Shown: positions 12,949-21,737 of the stretch, piece after piece
How positions within the stretch are numbered: position 1 is the stretch's first letter
How the letters are laid out: each line of letters begins with the position of its first letter
Origin: Chloroflexota bacterium
GTDB lineage: Bacteria > Chloroflexota > Dehalococcoidia > UBA2979
Length of the DNA: 64,000 nucleotides
Assembly: GCA_009839925.1 (NCBI GenBank)
Contig: VXOS01000053.1
Coordinates: 2,447-66,446, forward strand
Direction: 5' to 3'
Notes under the pieces: model-generated
What the model saw: only the letters and a program-made list of their open reading frames with translations
Told to the model about the DNA's origin: nothing
The model's database searches: none
Program-made: the position numbers and the translations under genes

Positions 12949-13551
12949 TCGTTCCGCCAGCGCCCGCTGCCAGGCCGCGACCTCGGTCGGCGTGGGCTGG
13001 CGGTCCGAGATGTACACGGTTTCGTAGGGGATCTCCTCGCGGTCGCGCGCGAGCCTCCACCCCGCCTCGAGGTGCGACAGCGCGCTGACTTGCGACGCAT
13101 TGAGCTCCCGGAGGTCGGCGAGCACCGCATCTACGATGGCAAGTTCGGCGGGATCGAGGACCTCGCTTGCTTCCGACCCTCGCAGTGGGCGGATCACCTT
13201 CTGCGGGCGATTGAAGTAGCGCCGCTCGAAGCGTTCGAGTTCCCCCCCCGCCTCCATTGAGCGCAGGGCTGGAAGCAGTTCCCGGGGGGCAGGTCCTCTG
13301 TCCAGGCGCTGGTACGTAGCCCCGGTGATCGACTCGCCGAGCATTCCGAACGCCTTGAAGTCGCTGAAGTACAGGATCTTGTTGAGCTTCGTGGCGCCGA
13401 AGCGCGGATCCTCCTCCGACTCCTCGGCCACATAGAGAACGAGTTCCCGAAACTTACTGCTGTCGAAGGTCCTGGCCAGTGCCTCCTCCGTTATCGTGAC
13501 TGTGTGCCACCAACACGACCAGCCTCTTGCACGGCTAACCCGTAAACACAC
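12925..13551 (-). CDS. Panacea-domain (DUF4065, SocA/GepA-like) protein; putative PanA-type antitoxin
   Basis: ELVLYVAEESEEDPRFGATKLNKILYFSDFKAFGMLGESITGATY matches the DUF4065/Panacea core (KLxKLLYF...). GTG start at complement of 13549-13551; no internal Met until residue ~70. Confidence 0.6.
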   Translation of the reverse strand: MCLRVSRARGWSCWWHTVTITEEALARTFDSSKFRELVLYVAEESEEDPRFGATKLNKILYFSDFKAFGMLGESITGATYQRLDRGPAPRELLPALRSMEAGGELERFERRYFNRPQKVIRPLRGSEASEVLDPAELAIVDAVLADLRELNASQVSALSHLEAGWRLARDREEIPYETVYISDRQPTPTEVAAWQRALAERRAKRSSS

Positions 13552-13561
13552 TCTAGCCGTG
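13530..13561. promoter_or_regulatory. 8-bp inverted repeat (cacggcta-N16-tagccgtg) abutting the Panacea gene start; candidate autoregulatory operator
   Basis: Read directly from the sequence. The arm nearest the gene lies 3 nt upstream of the GTG start; the other arm lies inside the first codons. Confidence 0.3.
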
Positions 13562-13691
13562 TCTCACCACAACTGCCAAGGGCGGATCTCACGCAACCAT
13601 CGGCATTTCTTGCCGATGCTGTACGCCCGCCGTAGGCTGAGCCGCGTGCGTTCGAGGGCCCCCGAGGCCCCGCGACTAGAGAGGCGCACAG

Positions 13692-14975
13692 ATGCCACCC
13701 GCCGAGGCGATCCAGCCGCAGATCAGCACGCTCCCCAACGGCCTGCGCGTCATCACCACCCCGGTCCCCACTGCCCAGAGCGCCAGCGTCGCCTTCTTCG
13801 TCGGCGTCGGCTCGCGCGACGAGGACCCGCGCACCAACGGCGTCTCCCACTACCTGGAGCACATGCTCTTCAAAGGCACCTCGACGCGCCCCACCGCGCC
13901 GGAGATCAGCGAGGCCATCGAGGGCGCCGGCGGCGCCCTCAACGCCTACACGACGCGCGAGCTGACCTGCTACTGGAACAACATGCCCTTCGAGCGCGCC
14001 AGCACCGGCGTCGAGGTGCTGGCCGACATGATCCAGCGCTCCCTGCTCGACCAGGAGGAACTCGACCGCGAGCGCACCGTCGTCCAGCAGGAGATCCGTC
14101 GCGGCCACGACGCCCCGGCCTCCCGCGCCGCCGAGCTGATGGTGCGCGCCGTCTACGGCGACCAGCCGATCGGCTGGCCCGTCACCGGCTCGATCGAGAC
14201 GGTCGAGGGGCTGGCTCGCGACGACTTCGTTTCGCACGTCGAGCGCTTTTACGGCGCGGAGAATACGGTGCTGTCCGTCGCCGGCAACGTCACGCACGAG
14301 TGGGTGACCGAGGCCGCGGCGGAGTGGTTCGACGGCCTGCGCGACGGGGCCGCCCGCACACCTTCGGCCGCCGAGCACGGCCTCCCCGACGAGCCGATCA
14401 TCATCGAGGAGCGGGAGATCGAGCAGACCAACATCCGCCTCGCCGTGCAGGGCCCGGCGCGCCGCGACCCGGACCGTTACGCGCTGGCGCTGCTGCACAC
14501 CGTGCTCGGCCGCGGCATGTCCTCCCGGCTCTTCCAGGAGGTGCGCGAGCGCCGAGGGCTCGCCTACTCCGTCGCCTCGGGCGTCGCGCAGCACAAGGAC
14601 ATCGGCTCCTTCATCGTCAGCGCGGGCGTCTCGCGCGATGAGCAGGAGGAGGCGCTGCAGGTGATCGTCGGCGAGCTGCAGCGCGCCGCGAACGAGCCCG
14701 TGAGCGACGAGGAGTTGCAGCGCGCAAAGGACTTCGCCGCCGGCACCTTCCGGCTCTCGATGGAGACGCCGATGGCGCTTGGCCAGCACTTCGGCTCGCA
14801 GCTGCTGCAGGACGGCGAGATCGAGCTGCCGGGCGACACCGTCGAGCGCCTCCGTGCGGTCGAGGCCGGCGACATGCAGGCCGTCGCGCAGCGGCTGTTC
14901 GGCGGCGAATACGCGCTCGCCGTCGTTGGCCCCTCGGCCTCGGCGGATCGCCTGAGCGCGATCCTCGCTGCCTGA
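13692..14975 (+). CDS. M16 family zinc peptidase (insulinase/PqqL-like)
   Basis: Inverted zinc motif HYLEHMLFKG (HxxEH) and the two-domain M16 architecture. Confidence 0.8.
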   Translation: MPPAEAIQPQISTLPNGLRVITTPVPTAQSASVAFFVGVGSRDEDPRTNGVSHYLEHMLFKGTSTRPTAPEISEAIEGAGGALNAYTTRELTCYWNNMPFERASTGVEVLADMIQRSLLDQEELDRERTVVQQEIRRGHDAPASRAAELMVRAVYGDQPIGWPVTGSIETVEGLARDDFVSHVERFYGAENTVLSVAGNVTHEWVTEAAAEWFDGLRDGAARTPSAAEHGLPDEPIIIEEREIEQTNIRLAVQGPARRDPDRYALALLHTVLGRGMSSRLFQEVRERRGLAYSVASGVAQHKDIGSFIVSAGVSRDEQEEALQVIVGELQRAANEPVSDEELQRAKDFAAGTFRLSMETPMALGQHFGSQLLQDGEIELPGDTVERLRAVEAGDMQAVAQRLFGGEYALAVVGPSASADRLSAILAA

Positions 14976-14985
14976 GCCGGCCACG

Positions 14986-15627
14986 ATGAGCGCCCCTCGC
15001 ACGAACCTGATCCTGCTGCCGGGCGCACCCATCGCTGCCACCCGCGCCGACGCCGTCACCACCTCTCCCGACGCAACCGCTGCTGCACGCGCGGCCGGCG
15101 TCCCGATCCATGTCCGCCTCGCCCACCCTCGCGAGGGCCTGCTGCGCGAGCAGCTCGAGGGACTCGACGGCCCGGTTGCCTGCGTCCTGCTCGCCGCAAC
15201 CGCGCAGCCTCAGGATCTGCGAGCCGCCGATGTCGAGCTGCGCCGCCACGAGCTTCACCGCGGCCTCGACGCGGGCAGCATCGGGCTCATCCCGGAGATC
15301 GGGAGCGCGGCAGCGATCGAGCGGCTACCGCAGCTGCTCGCCGCCGTCGACCGCATCGCGAGCGTCGGTCTCGACATCGAGGCGGTCGCGGCCGACCTCG
15401 GTGCGCCCGACGCGCGCGGCGATGCAGTGCAGGCGCCGGTGCTGGCTCGGGTCGCCCTCGCGGCGAGCGCCACAGGGCTGCCCTGGACCGTTGGGGCGCT
15501 TGGCTTCTCTCCCGGCGATCGGGCGCGGCTCGCGGCTCGCGCCCACGCGCTCGGAGCGGCTGGCGTCTACGTGCTCGCCGAGTCCGAGGTCGCGGGCCTC
15601 AACGCGCTCTTCGCCGCCGGCTCCTAG
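14986..15627 (+). CDS. HpcH/HpaI aldolase / citrate-lyase beta (CitE)-like family protein, short form
   Basis: The C-terminal two thirds follow the CitE/HpcH pattern (IGLIPEIGSAAAIERL...ALGFSPGDRARL...AGVYVLAESEVAGLNALF). The N-terminus is degenerate and shorter than canonical CitE. Confidence 0.4.
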   Translation: MSAPRTNLILLPGAPIAATRADAVTTSPDATAAARAAGVPIHVRLAHPREGLLREQLEGLDGPVACVLLAATAQPQDLRAADVELRRHELHRGLDAGSIGLIPEIGSAAAIERLPQLLAAVDRIASVGLDIEAVAADLGAPDARGDAVQAPVLARVALAASATGLPWTVGALGFSPGDRARLAARAHALGAAGVYVLAESEVAGLNALFAAGS

Positions 15628-15636
15628 CTTCGGCCG

Positions 15637-16140
15637 CTACTCGATCCGTCCCAGCCGCCGCAGCAGCGCGCGGATCTCGCCCACCACACGGCGGTGGCGC
15701 CGCCCCAGCGTGCGCCGCGCACGCGCGACGTACGCGCCTCCCGCGGCATCGAGGAGCTCGCTCGCCAGCGCGGCCTCCACCTCGTCCCCGTCCTCCCAGC
15801 GCGCTCTGATGCGGCCGGCGGCATCGACGCGCACCACGAGGTCGAGCAGCAGATCGAGGTAGCGCACCTCGTCCCCCTCGATCGCGACGTCCCGCAGCAC
15901 GTCGAAGCGGCTCAGCACCTCGCGGCCCGCGTCCGGCGCACCGGGCGGGCGCACGATGTGGTAGCAGCCGTAGGGGCGGCGCGGCCAGAAGCAGCCGTAG
16001 GAGTCCAGCGAGTTCTCGCCACGTTCGATGCGGTAGAGCACGAGCAACAGGCTCGGGCTGCGGTGCACCAGCTCGGTCGCGAAGCGCTCCTCGCTTCCGT
16101 CGAGCTTGCGCTTGACCTCGATGATCTCGCCCTCGGCCAT
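15637..16140 (-). CDS. DUF402 family protein (FomD/Sa1684-like putative nucleoside di/triphosphatase)
   Basis: FATELVHRSPSLLLVLYRIERG...YHIV pattern resembling DUF402 proteins. Confidence 0.45.
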   Translation of the reverse strand: MAEGEIIEVKRKLDGSEERFATELVHRSPSLLLVLYRIERGENSLDSYGCFWPRRPYGCYHIVRPPGAPDAGREVLSRFDVLRDVAIEGDEVRYLDLLLDLVVRVDAAGRIRARWEDGDEVEAALASELLDAAGGAYVARARRTLGRRHRRVVGEIRALLRRLGRIE

Positions 16141-16184
16141 CCAGCCCGACCCCTCGGCGCTAGACTACGAGACGGGAGGCCGCG

Positions 16185-16895
16185 ATGACCTCAGGTGCTG
16201 CGCGCAGCGCCGTTGTGACGGGAGCGAACCGCGCAGACGGCATCGGCCTCGCCCTCGTGCGCGAGCTGCGCGAGCGCGGCTGCGCGCCCGTCGTGGGCAC
16301 CTACCGCGATCCGGCCACCAGCGACGCACTGCTCGCGCGGGCGGCCAACGATCCCGCCGTGCTCGCGGCGGAGCTCGACGTGACCTCGGGCAAGTCGGTC
16401 GCGGCCTTCGCCCGCTGGTGCGCGGAGCACCTCGAACGGGTCGACCTGCTGGTGAACAACGCCGGTCTGGGCAGCGTGCCCGGTTCGATCGTGACCGCGC
16501 CGATCGCGGAGCTCGAACAGCAGGTGCAGGTGCACGGCGTCGGGATGCTGCGCGTGACGCGCGCGCTGCTGCCACTGATGGGCCCCGGCGCGGTGGTGCT
16601 CAGTATCTCGTCCAGCCTCGGCAGCATCGCCGAGATGAACGCCGGCTCCACCTACTACGCGCCGGCGAAGGCCTTTCAGAACGCACTCACGAGGCAGCTC
16701 GCGGCGACCGTGCGGCGCGACGGCGTGATTGCCTTCTCCGCCAGCCCGGGCTGGGTCGCGACCTCGATGGGCGGCGCGGGGGCGCAACTGACGCCCGAGG
16801 AGTCCGCGCGGCAGCTCGCCGATCTGCTGCTCGGCGCGGGGCCAGAGGACGCCGGCACGTTCCGCAGCCTCGATGGGGGTGTGATCGCCTGGTGA
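16185..16895 (+). CDS. Short-chain dehydrogenase/reductase (SDR) family oxidoreductase
   Basis: N-terminal Rossmann motif AVVTGANRADGIGLAL and the catalytic S...YxxxK arrangement (YYAPAKAF). Confidence 0.8.
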   Translation: MTSGAARSAVVTGANRADGIGLALVRELRERGCAPVVGTYRDPATSDALLARAANDPAVLAAELDVTSGKSVAAFARWCAEHLERVDLLVNNAGLGSVPGSIVTAPIAELEQQVQVHGVGMLRVTRALLPLMGPGAVVLSISSSLGSIAEMNAGSTYYAPAKAFQNALTRQLAATVRRDGVIAFSASPGWVATSMGGAGAQLTPEESARQLADLLLGAGPEDAGTFRSLDGGVIAW

Positions 16896-16911
16896 GCCGC
16901 GCCGGCAGCGG

Positions 16912-17682
16912 TCACTCGAGAACCACGAGCCAGGCGATCAGCGGGTCCGGGCCGCCGTTCGGATCCGGGTCGAGCCCGACGGCGACCCGGTCGCCCGCTC
17001 GGAGCTCGTGCGGGCCCGCGACCACGAGGTAGCGGGCGCCCGGTGCATCCCTGGCGCTGACTCGATCTCCGAAGACCAGGTCGCCCTCGGGTATGGCATG
17101 GTCGCCCTCGAGATCCTCGAGCAGAATCGAGGCGCCCTCGACGGCAACGACCGTGCCGCTCACGACCGCCTCGCCGGCCCAGCGCATCACGCCATCGCCG
17201 CCGATGTGCACCCGGTGCGCCCCGCCGAGGGCGTCCCGCAGCACGACGCGGAAGCCGGGCGTCAAGACCGCGGCGCAAGCGACACCCGGCTGCGCAACGC
17301 CAAGGCAGGCGTCGGGCCAGACGACCGCCTCGGCGACATCCACAAGGAGGTCGGTCGCCGCTGCGCCCAGCCACTCGGCCATCAACTCGATCGCATTGCC
17401 TGTTACAAGCTCCAGCGGTTGCCCGTCGCTCGCCAGCTGATCGCCGCTCGGCGTGGCGGTCGCAATCGCGGTCGGACCCTCCGTCGCCGAGGGCGCTGTG
17501 GTCGGCGTCGGCGGAACGGTCGGCGCCGCGGTTGGCGTCGCCGCCGCCGTCTCGGTCGGCGCTGCCGGGCCGGAAGCCGTCGGGGAGTCGGCAACGGGGC
17601 TCCGAGGCGGCGGGCTCTCCGTGGAGGAGCACGCCGCGAGCAAGAGCACGGCCGCAAGCGCGAGCGACAGCCGGGCGATCAT
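16912..17682 (-). CDS. Secreted lipoprotein with Thr/Pro-rich linker, function unknown
   Basis: Start MIARLSLALAAVLLLAACSS (signal peptide plus LAAC lipobox), preceded by GGGGGAAG. The ORF-track extension to 17850 has no support. Confidence 0.55.
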   Translation of the reverse strand: MIARLSLALAAVLLLAACSSTESPPPRSPVADSPTASGPAAPTETAAATPTAAPTVPPTPTTAPSATEGPTAIATATPSGDQLASDGQPLELVTGNAIELMAEWLGAAATDLLVDVAEAVVWPDACLGVAQPGVACAAVLTPGFRVVLRDALGGAHRVHIGGDGVMRWAGEAVVSGTVVAVEGASILLEDLEGDHAIPEGDLVFGDRVSARDAPGARYLVVAGPHELRAGDRVAVGLDPDPNGGPDPLIAWLVVLE

Positions 17683-17840
17683 CGGTGCTTCCCCCAATCC
17701 CCAGCTTCGAGGATAGTGCGGCGCGGCCTGCGGTATCATGTCCGGGACACCGCGCATCGGCGACGGCGCCGCGCGCGGTGTGTTCGTGCGCCTCGCCGTG
17801 AGGGGCGCGGGCCAGCAGCACGCGGACGCGAGGACAAGCG

Positions 17841-19157
17841 ATGCCGGCAACGGTCATCATCGGCGGACAGTGGGGCGACGAGGGCAAGGGCCGCGTCGTC
17901 GACTTCTTCGCGCGGAGCTGCTCCGTGATCGCCCGCTACTCGGCGGGCAGCAACGCCGGCCACACCATCGTCAACGAGCTCGGCAAGTTCGGCCTGCACC
18001 TCGTGCCCGCGGGCATCTTCCACGCGGACACCACCTGCATCATCGGCAACGGCGTGGTCGTCAACCCGCAGACGCTGATCGAGGAGATCGAGATGCTCTC
18101 CAGCCGCGGCGTGGACACCTCGCGCGTGCGGCTCAGCGACCGCGCGCACGTCGTGATGCCGTGGCACCTCGCGATCGACAAGCTGGACGAGCAGCTGCGC
18201 GGCGAGCGTGCGATCGGCACGACCGGCACCGGCACCGGCCCCGCCTTCACCGACAAGGCCGCGCGGCTCGGCATTCGCACGATCGACATCGTCAAGCCGG
18301 AGGCGCTCGAGGAGAAGCTCAGCTTCATCCTCCCCTACAAGAATCGCGTCATCACGGAGCTGTACGGCGGCGAGCCGTTCGATTACGACGAGGTGCGCGC
18401 CGACTACCTGGAGTACGGCCGCCAGCTTCGCCCCTACGTGACCGACACCGCCGCGCTCGTCCAGGACGCCCAGGACCGCGGTGAGCAGATCCTGCTCGAG
18501 GGCGCTCAGGGCACGCTGCTCGACCTCGACAGCGGCACCTACCCGTACGTCACCTCGTCGCTTCCTACCTCGATGGCGGCGGGCGCCTGCCTCGGCGTCG
18601 GCGTCGGCCCGACGGCGATCGACCGCGTCGTCGGTGTCTACAAGGCCTACCAGACGCGCGTCGGCGACGGGCCCTTCCCAACCGAGCTGTTTGACGACGA
18701 CGCGCGGTTGCTGCGCGACCACGGCGTCGACCAGGGCACCGGCGAGTACGGCACGACGACCGGCCGCCCCCGGCGCTGCGGCTGGTTCGACGGCGTGCTC
18801 GCCGGTTACACGGCGCGCCTCAACGGCGTGACCTCCGTCGCCCTCACCCGCCTCGACGTGCTCGCGCAGTTCGAGCGCGTCAAGGTCTGCGTCGGCTACG
18901 AGCTGGACGGCAAGCGACTCGAGAGCCTGCCGCCCGCGCTCCTCGAGGCCTCCGCCGTACGCCCCGTCTACGAGGAGCTGCCCGGCTGGCAGCAGGACGT
19001 CTCGCACATCCGCCGGCTCGTCGACCTGCCACCCGAGGCACGACGCTTCGTGCGCCGCATCGAGGAACTGATCGGCGTGCAGGTGGACATGATCTCGGTC
19101 GGGCCGGAGCGCGAGCAGGCGATCGTGACGCGCGACATCTTCGGCGTGCCGCTCTAG
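17841..19157 (+). CDS. purA: Adenylosuccinate synthetase
   Basis: MPATVIIGGQWGDEGKGRVVD P-loop and full-length PurA similarity. Confidence 0.9.
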   Translation: MPATVIIGGQWGDEGKGRVVDFFARSCSVIARYSAGSNAGHTIVNELGKFGLHLVPAGIFHADTTCIIGNGVVVNPQTLIEEIEMLSSRGVDTSRVRLSDRAHVVMPWHLAIDKLDEQLRGERAIGTTGTGTGPAFTDKAARLGIRTIDIVKPEALEEKLSFILPYKNRVITELYGGEPFDYDEVRADYLEYGRQLRPYVTDTAALVQDAQDRGEQILLEGAQGTLLDLDSGTYPYVTSSLPTSMAAGACLGVGVGPTAIDRVVGVYKAYQTRVGDGPFPTELFDDDARLLRDHGVDQGTGEYGTTTGRPRRCGWFDGVLAGYTARLNGVTSVALTRLDVLAQFERVKVCVGYELDGKRLESLPPALLEASAVRPVYEELPGWQQDVSHIRRLVDLPPEARRFVRRIEELIGVQVDMISVGPEREQAIVTRDIFGVPL

Positions 19158-19193
19158 GCGGCGCCTCGAGGGAACGCGGAGAGGGGAACGACG

Positions 19194-19715
19194 ATGGAAC
19201 ACCTGCTGCCCGGGTTTCACGTGCTGTTCGCTGCCCTGCTCGTCGGAGGTCAGGTGCTGCTCGCCTTCGCCGTCATCCCCTCCACCTGGCTGATCGAGGA
19301 CGAGGGGCTGCGCCGCCGCGTCACGCTCGTTGTGGCGCATCGCTTCACCTGGATCGTCGGGATCTCGCTCGTCGGGCTGGTCGTGACCGGGCTCGCGCAG
19401 TTCTACACGGACATCTTCGTTCCGCCCGACATCCGCGAGAACCTGACCGAGTACCACTTCGGCCGTGTCTTCATGGTGAAGATGCTGTTCGTCACGATCC
19501 TGATCATCATGATCGCCGTGCACGGCGCGGTGTTCGGCCAGCGCATCGCCCGCATCTCGGACGCCGTGCAGGCAGGCGAGATGGACGCCGGCGATCTCGA
19601 GCATGCGCGCCGGACCTCGCTGGTCTTCTCGACGATCATGGTGCTGGTCTCGATCGTGCTGATCTTCCTCGGCGCCACCCTCGGCAATCACGCCTACGCG
19701 CACAACCCGCTCTAG
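19194..19715 (+). CDS. Hypothetical integral membrane protein (4-5 TM)
   Basis: Hydrophobic helices throughout; no clear family. Confidence 0.45.
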   Translation: MEHLLPGFHVLFAALLVGGQVLLAFAVIPSTWLIEDEGLRRRVTLVVAHRFTWIVGISLVGLVVTGLAQFYTDIFVPPDIRENLTEYHFGRVFMVKMLFVTILIIMIAVHGAVFGQRIARISDAVQAGEMDAGDLEHARRTSLVFSTIMVLVSIVLIFLGATLGNHAYAHNPL

Positions 19716-19719
19716 CAGC

Positions 19720-20271
19720 GTGAGCGCAGCCACCGAGGCGCCACGCCGCCTGCGCACGCTGCCCGACCTGCTGCGCCCCGGCCTCGACCTCGTCTTCGTC
19801 GGCATCAACCCCGGCGAGCGCTCGGCGCGGCTCGGCCACTACTACGGCCACCCCGGCAACGCCTTCTGGCCCGCCCTCTCGGTGAGCGGCCTCGTGCCGG
19901 AGCCCGTCGGCCCCGAGGACGACCGCCGCCTGCCTGCTGACCACGGCATCGGCTTCACCGACGTCGTGAAGCGCGTGCAGACGGACAGCACGCGCGTGAG
20001 CGACGCGGAGCTGCGCGCATCGGCCCCGGCCTTCCGCCGGCGCATCGCCTACGCCTCGCCGCGCGCGGTCTGCTTCACGACGACGCGCGCCTTCGACGTG
20101 CTGCATCCGCGCACGCGGCCCTCGCGGAGCTGGGGCCGCCAGCCCGTGCAGGTCGCGTGCGCGGACGCCTGGGTGATGCCCTCCACGTCCGGCCGGGCAG
20201 CCGGCTACCGCGACGAGGCGCACCGCGTGCTGCGCGAGCTGGCGATCCACCTCGGGCGGGTTGCCTCGTGA
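19720..20271 (+). CDS. mug: G/U mismatch-specific uracil-DNA glycosylase (Mug/TDG family)
   Basis: The GINPG motif (LVFVGINPGERSARLGHYYGHPGNAFW) is diagnostic of the Mug/TDG family. Confidence 0.7.
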   Translation: MSAATEAPRRLRTLPDLLRPGLDLVFVGINPGERSARLGHYYGHPGNAFWPALSVSGLVPEPVGPEDDRRLPADHGIGFTDVVKRVQTDSTRVSDAELRASAPAFRRRIAYASPRAVCFTTTRAFDVLHPRTRPSRSWGRQPVQVACADAWVMPSTSGRAAGYRDEAHRVLRELAIHLGRVAS

Positions 20272-20783
20272 GCGAGGAGCGGCGCTACCAGCCGGACGAC
20301 GACTGCCCGCTGTTTAGCGAGCGCCTCGAGGAGCTGCTCGTCGCCGTCACGCGCGGCGAGTCACCGAACGCCGGGCGTTTCTGCGGCTACTGCTACCACC
20401 CGCTCGGCGAGCGCACGCGGTATTGCCAGCACTGCTCCATGAGCACGGACGAACGCGCCCCGGTGGACTCCGTACCCGAGGAGATCATCGAGATGCTGCG
20501 CGCGCAGCGGCAGACGGAGAGCCGGATCGTAAACGCCTTCGCCTACACGGGACTGATCATCGCCGTGCTCGGCGGGCTGGCGCTGGTCCTCGGCGTCCCG
20601 TTCCTGCGCGCCAACCTGATCTGGGCGACGGTCGTGTACGCGGTCGTCCTGCTGATCGGTGGGCGCGGGCTGGCGGGCTTCCTCGGCGGCTACTACGGCG
20701 ACCGCATCGGCTACGAGCGCGCCCGCCGCGCCCTGCGCGAGCGCTGGGCGGAGTGGGTCGTCGAGCGGGACGGCGAAGCCTAG
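20268..20783 (+). CDS. Zinc-ribbon-containing membrane protein, function unknown
   Basis: GTG start overlaps the mug stop (GTGA). CxxC...CxxC ribbon (CGYCYHPLGERTRYCQHC) followed by two TM helices. Confidence 0.45.
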   Translation: MSEERRYQPDDDCPLFSERLEELLVAVTRGESPNAGRFCGYCYHPLGERTRYCQHCSMSTDERAPVDSVPEEIIEMLRAQRQTESRIVNAFAYTGLIIAVLGGLALVLGVPFLRANLIWATVVYAVVLLIGGRGLAGFLGGYYGDRIGYERARRALRERWAEWVVERDGEA

Positions 20784-21676
20784 ACCGCTGCCGTCACGTC
20801 GATGCGGTGCTTCGCGAGCTCGGCGCGGATCGCGGCCTGCGAGGCTTCCGAGGGCGGGAGCAGCGGCAGCCGCGGCTCGCCGGCTGTGACGCCGACCTCG
20901 TTGAGGGCGAACTTCACGGGGATCGGGTTCGACTCGATGAAGAGGATGTCCATCAGCGGCAGCAGCCGCTCGTGGAGCGCCTGCGCGTCGTCCTGCCGCC
21001 CGTCGGCAGCCGCCGCAACCATCTGGTGGATCTGGTCGCCGATCAGGTGCGAGGCCACCGAGATCACGCCGTAACCGCCCATCGCGACCAGCTGCGCCGT
21101 GTCGCCGTCATTCCCGGACCACATGCGGAAGCCCTCGGGCGCGCCCTCGAGGATAGCGGCGATCTGGGCGAAGTCGCCCGACGCCTCCTTTACGCCCACG
21201 ATGTTCGGCGACTCGGCGAGCCGCAGCGTCGTCTCGGCGGCCATGTTGAGCGAGGTGCGCGAGGGCACGTTGTAGAGGATGCAGGGCAGCGGCGTGGCCT
21301 CGGCGAGCGTCGTGAAGTGACGCACGAGGCCCTCTTGCGGCGGCTTGTTGTAGTACGGCACCGTCAGCATCAGCGCGTCCATGCCCGCGTCCGCACCCTG
21401 CGTCACCAGCTCCAGCGACTCGCCTGTCGAGTTCGTCGAGGCGCCCGCCACCAGGCCGGCGTCCGGTCCGACCGCCGCGCGCACCGCGCGCCAGACCGCG
21501 ACCTGCTCCTCCATGCTCAGCGAGGGCGCTTCGCCCGTGGTGCCGGTAATCACGAGGCCGTCCGAGCCGGAGGCAAGCAGCGCCCGCGCGAGGCGGCCCA
21601 GCGCCTCCTCGTCGACGCCGTCGTCGTTGAAGGGCGTGACCATGGCCGTGAGCACGCGTCCGATCTCGTTTGTCAT
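20780..21676 (-). CDS. dapA: 4-hydroxy-tetrahydrodipicolinate synthase
   Basis: TAMVTPF...GTTGE motif family; full-length DapA similarity. Confidence 0.9.
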   Translation of the reverse strand: MTNEIGRVLTAMVTPFNDDGVDEEALGRLARALLASGSDGLVITGTTGEAPSLSMEEQVAVWRAVRAAVGPDAGLVAGASTNSTGESLELVTQGADAGMDALMLTVPYYNKPPQEGLVRHFTTLAEATPLPCILYNVPSRTSLNMAAETTLRLAESPNIVGVKEASGDFAQIAAILEGAPEGFRMWSGNDGDTAQLVAMGGYGVISVASHLIGDQIHQMVAAAADGRQDDAQALHERLLPLMDILFIESNPIPVKFALNEVGVTAGEPRLPLLPPSEASQAAIRAELAKHRIDVTAAV

Positions 21677-21737
21677 GGCACACCTCCGCCGGGTTCTGCC
21701 TGGATGGGTGGGCGCAATGCGCCCGCCTGCCGGTCTG

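Noticed and set aside
12610-13260. 216-aa plus-strand ORF across the Panacea locus
   Set aside because: It is antisense to the Panacea-domain gene, which has clear family motifs, and has no motif or SD of its own.
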